A DNA stretch of 64,000 nt from Laetmonice hystrix. Its lineage: Eukaryota. The stretch spans positions 48,176,001 to 48,240,000 of the forward strand of contig OZ249436.1 of assembly GCA_965235115.1 (NCBI GenBank), read 5' to 3'. The position numbers and the translations under genes were made by a program. Position 1 is the stretch's first letter; every line of letters begins with the position of its first letter. The notes beneath the pieces were generated by a model. It searched no databases, had not been told where the DNA came from, and saw only the letters and a program-made list of their open reading frames with translations. Below are positions 62,601 through 64,000 of this stretch, piece after piece.

Positions 62601-64000
62601 CTCAATAGTCTAGGCTTCACTTTCACTGTATATTCCAGAAATCAGAAATCTGAAAGAATCAAAAAGTGTGGGGGCTCATTCCCCCCTTGCACATTTTACC
62701 TGCAGATTAACACAGTGAAATTAAGCACAAATCAGCTGTGGCTTTTTCAGAATTTTTTTCGATCAAGACGTCGCTAGTTTCCTACAATCCCAGTCCGAGC
62801 CGGGACTAACATCTCTAAAATACGAGTGCACAGCCTGTGATTATTATTATTATACAAACCTACAGTTCAGTAGCAGCGCGATGGGACAGCCAATGTTCTT
62901 TCGGTTTGCTCGCCCATAAATACAGATGGCAGTACAAGTATGATCACATTGGACTATTCATTCCATTTGTTGACCTTTCGACTGAGTGTGGCTCGCCTCT
63001 ACCAGACAGAGACCGTCAACTGTACTTCAGAGGGTCATGTCACCCGCTACATCAGACCATCAACAGCACTGCCTGTGTATGGATGTAATCGTACTGGCAG
63101 GCCACAGTCACTTACCCCACATCATCTACTACTCCAGTTCACTCTCATAGTAGTACTCAGTGTAATAATCAACCACATTTAACAACCCCTCCTTCAAACC
63201 TCTTCTCAAAGGTTTCAGCAGCTCAACTCAAATATTAGTTAACTTAAAATCATGTTAGAAGCCGAGATATAGGATTGACTTGCGATTATTCTTTTCTTTC
63301 ATTAATTATTTTTTTCTGTCAGTGGGAGAATCCTGTGAAGAATTCCAGCTGATTTAAGATCATTATAAAATGGCATTACGATATTACAACTTGTCTATTC
63401 AAACATGACTACCAGATGTTTCAATAGGTAAGGCCAGCCTTATACTATTGACTGATCTTATCATACGTAGAATCTGCTTCATGTAAAAACTAGAATTCAA
63501 TTATAAAACGTAGATACTGTTAAATTTAAGGAAATATTTCTGTGACGAGAACAGCGAGGATTCTTCCTGTTCTGACAGCACCCTTTGGATGGTTAGCCCA
63601 TATCGTCTCTTCACGGTATCGCTGGACGATATCAGCACAATAGGGGCTGGGGGGGGGGGGGGGGGGTACTAAATGTATCTATGCAAACAGCTCCATCAAT
63701 ATTTCCCATTAAAACAAGTATCTGTAATACATCCTAATCAGCTATAGGAATAAAATGTTTCTGATCTTTCTATCAGAGAAAATCAAAATGGTATTCAGGA
63801 CACGGCTAACATGATTTTGTTCTTTTCCCGGCATTTTCTCCGTGTATTACCAGATTATGTAGCGTTTATCAGCTTACCACAGCCTTATCCCAATTACCTG
63901 ATCTGTGATAATCTTCTGGGCTAGTTATTCTACTGGCTGTCTATTAACTTGGTGTTTCCCCATCGTAAAGTATCGCCAATTTTGTGGGTAACCCCTACAA

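Noticed and set aside
62665..62690. ggggctcatt resembling the RNase MRP 3' conserved box
   Set aside because: No upstream gaaagtcccc partner found.
58110..64000. Upstream G-alpha12/13 exons and the short ORFs in this stretch
   Set aside because: No G-alpha motifs recognised and the ORFs lack homology cues; interpreted as intron.

Overview
Eukaryotic (invertebrate animal, probably lophotrochozoan; species not determinable) intron-rich genomic DNA. In order: (1) the 3' ~2.2 kb of a decayed DIRS1-type tyrosine-recombinase retrotransposon (RNase H, Dam-like MT domain, YR, internal complementary region and right terminal repeat), lying in an intron of (2) a 5'-truncated + strand gene for a single-pass FN3/Ig/Ig/DB/FN3/FN3 membrane protein with a cytoplasmic NPxY motif (13 exons reconstructed, 2451-10755); (3) WDR53 (- strand, single coding exon); (4) CCDC6 (+ strand, 9 exons, head-to-head with WDR53); (5) a complete 4-exon sigma-class glutathione S-transferase (- strand); (6) the last coding exon of a G-alpha 12/13 subunit (- strand). 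Introns and UTRs hold several minisatellite arrays and many short non-autonomous TIR elements (MITEs). I found no CRISPR, rRNA or intact tRNA, and no clearly new multi-gene system. The most notable observations are structural: the intact DIRS ICR, a minisatellite apparently derived from a splice acceptor, CAGG-ended MITEs with 5- and 6-bp TSDs, and orphan promoter-like modules. Exon calls were made by eye from GT-AG sites, phase continuity and remembered family motifs; no database searches were run.
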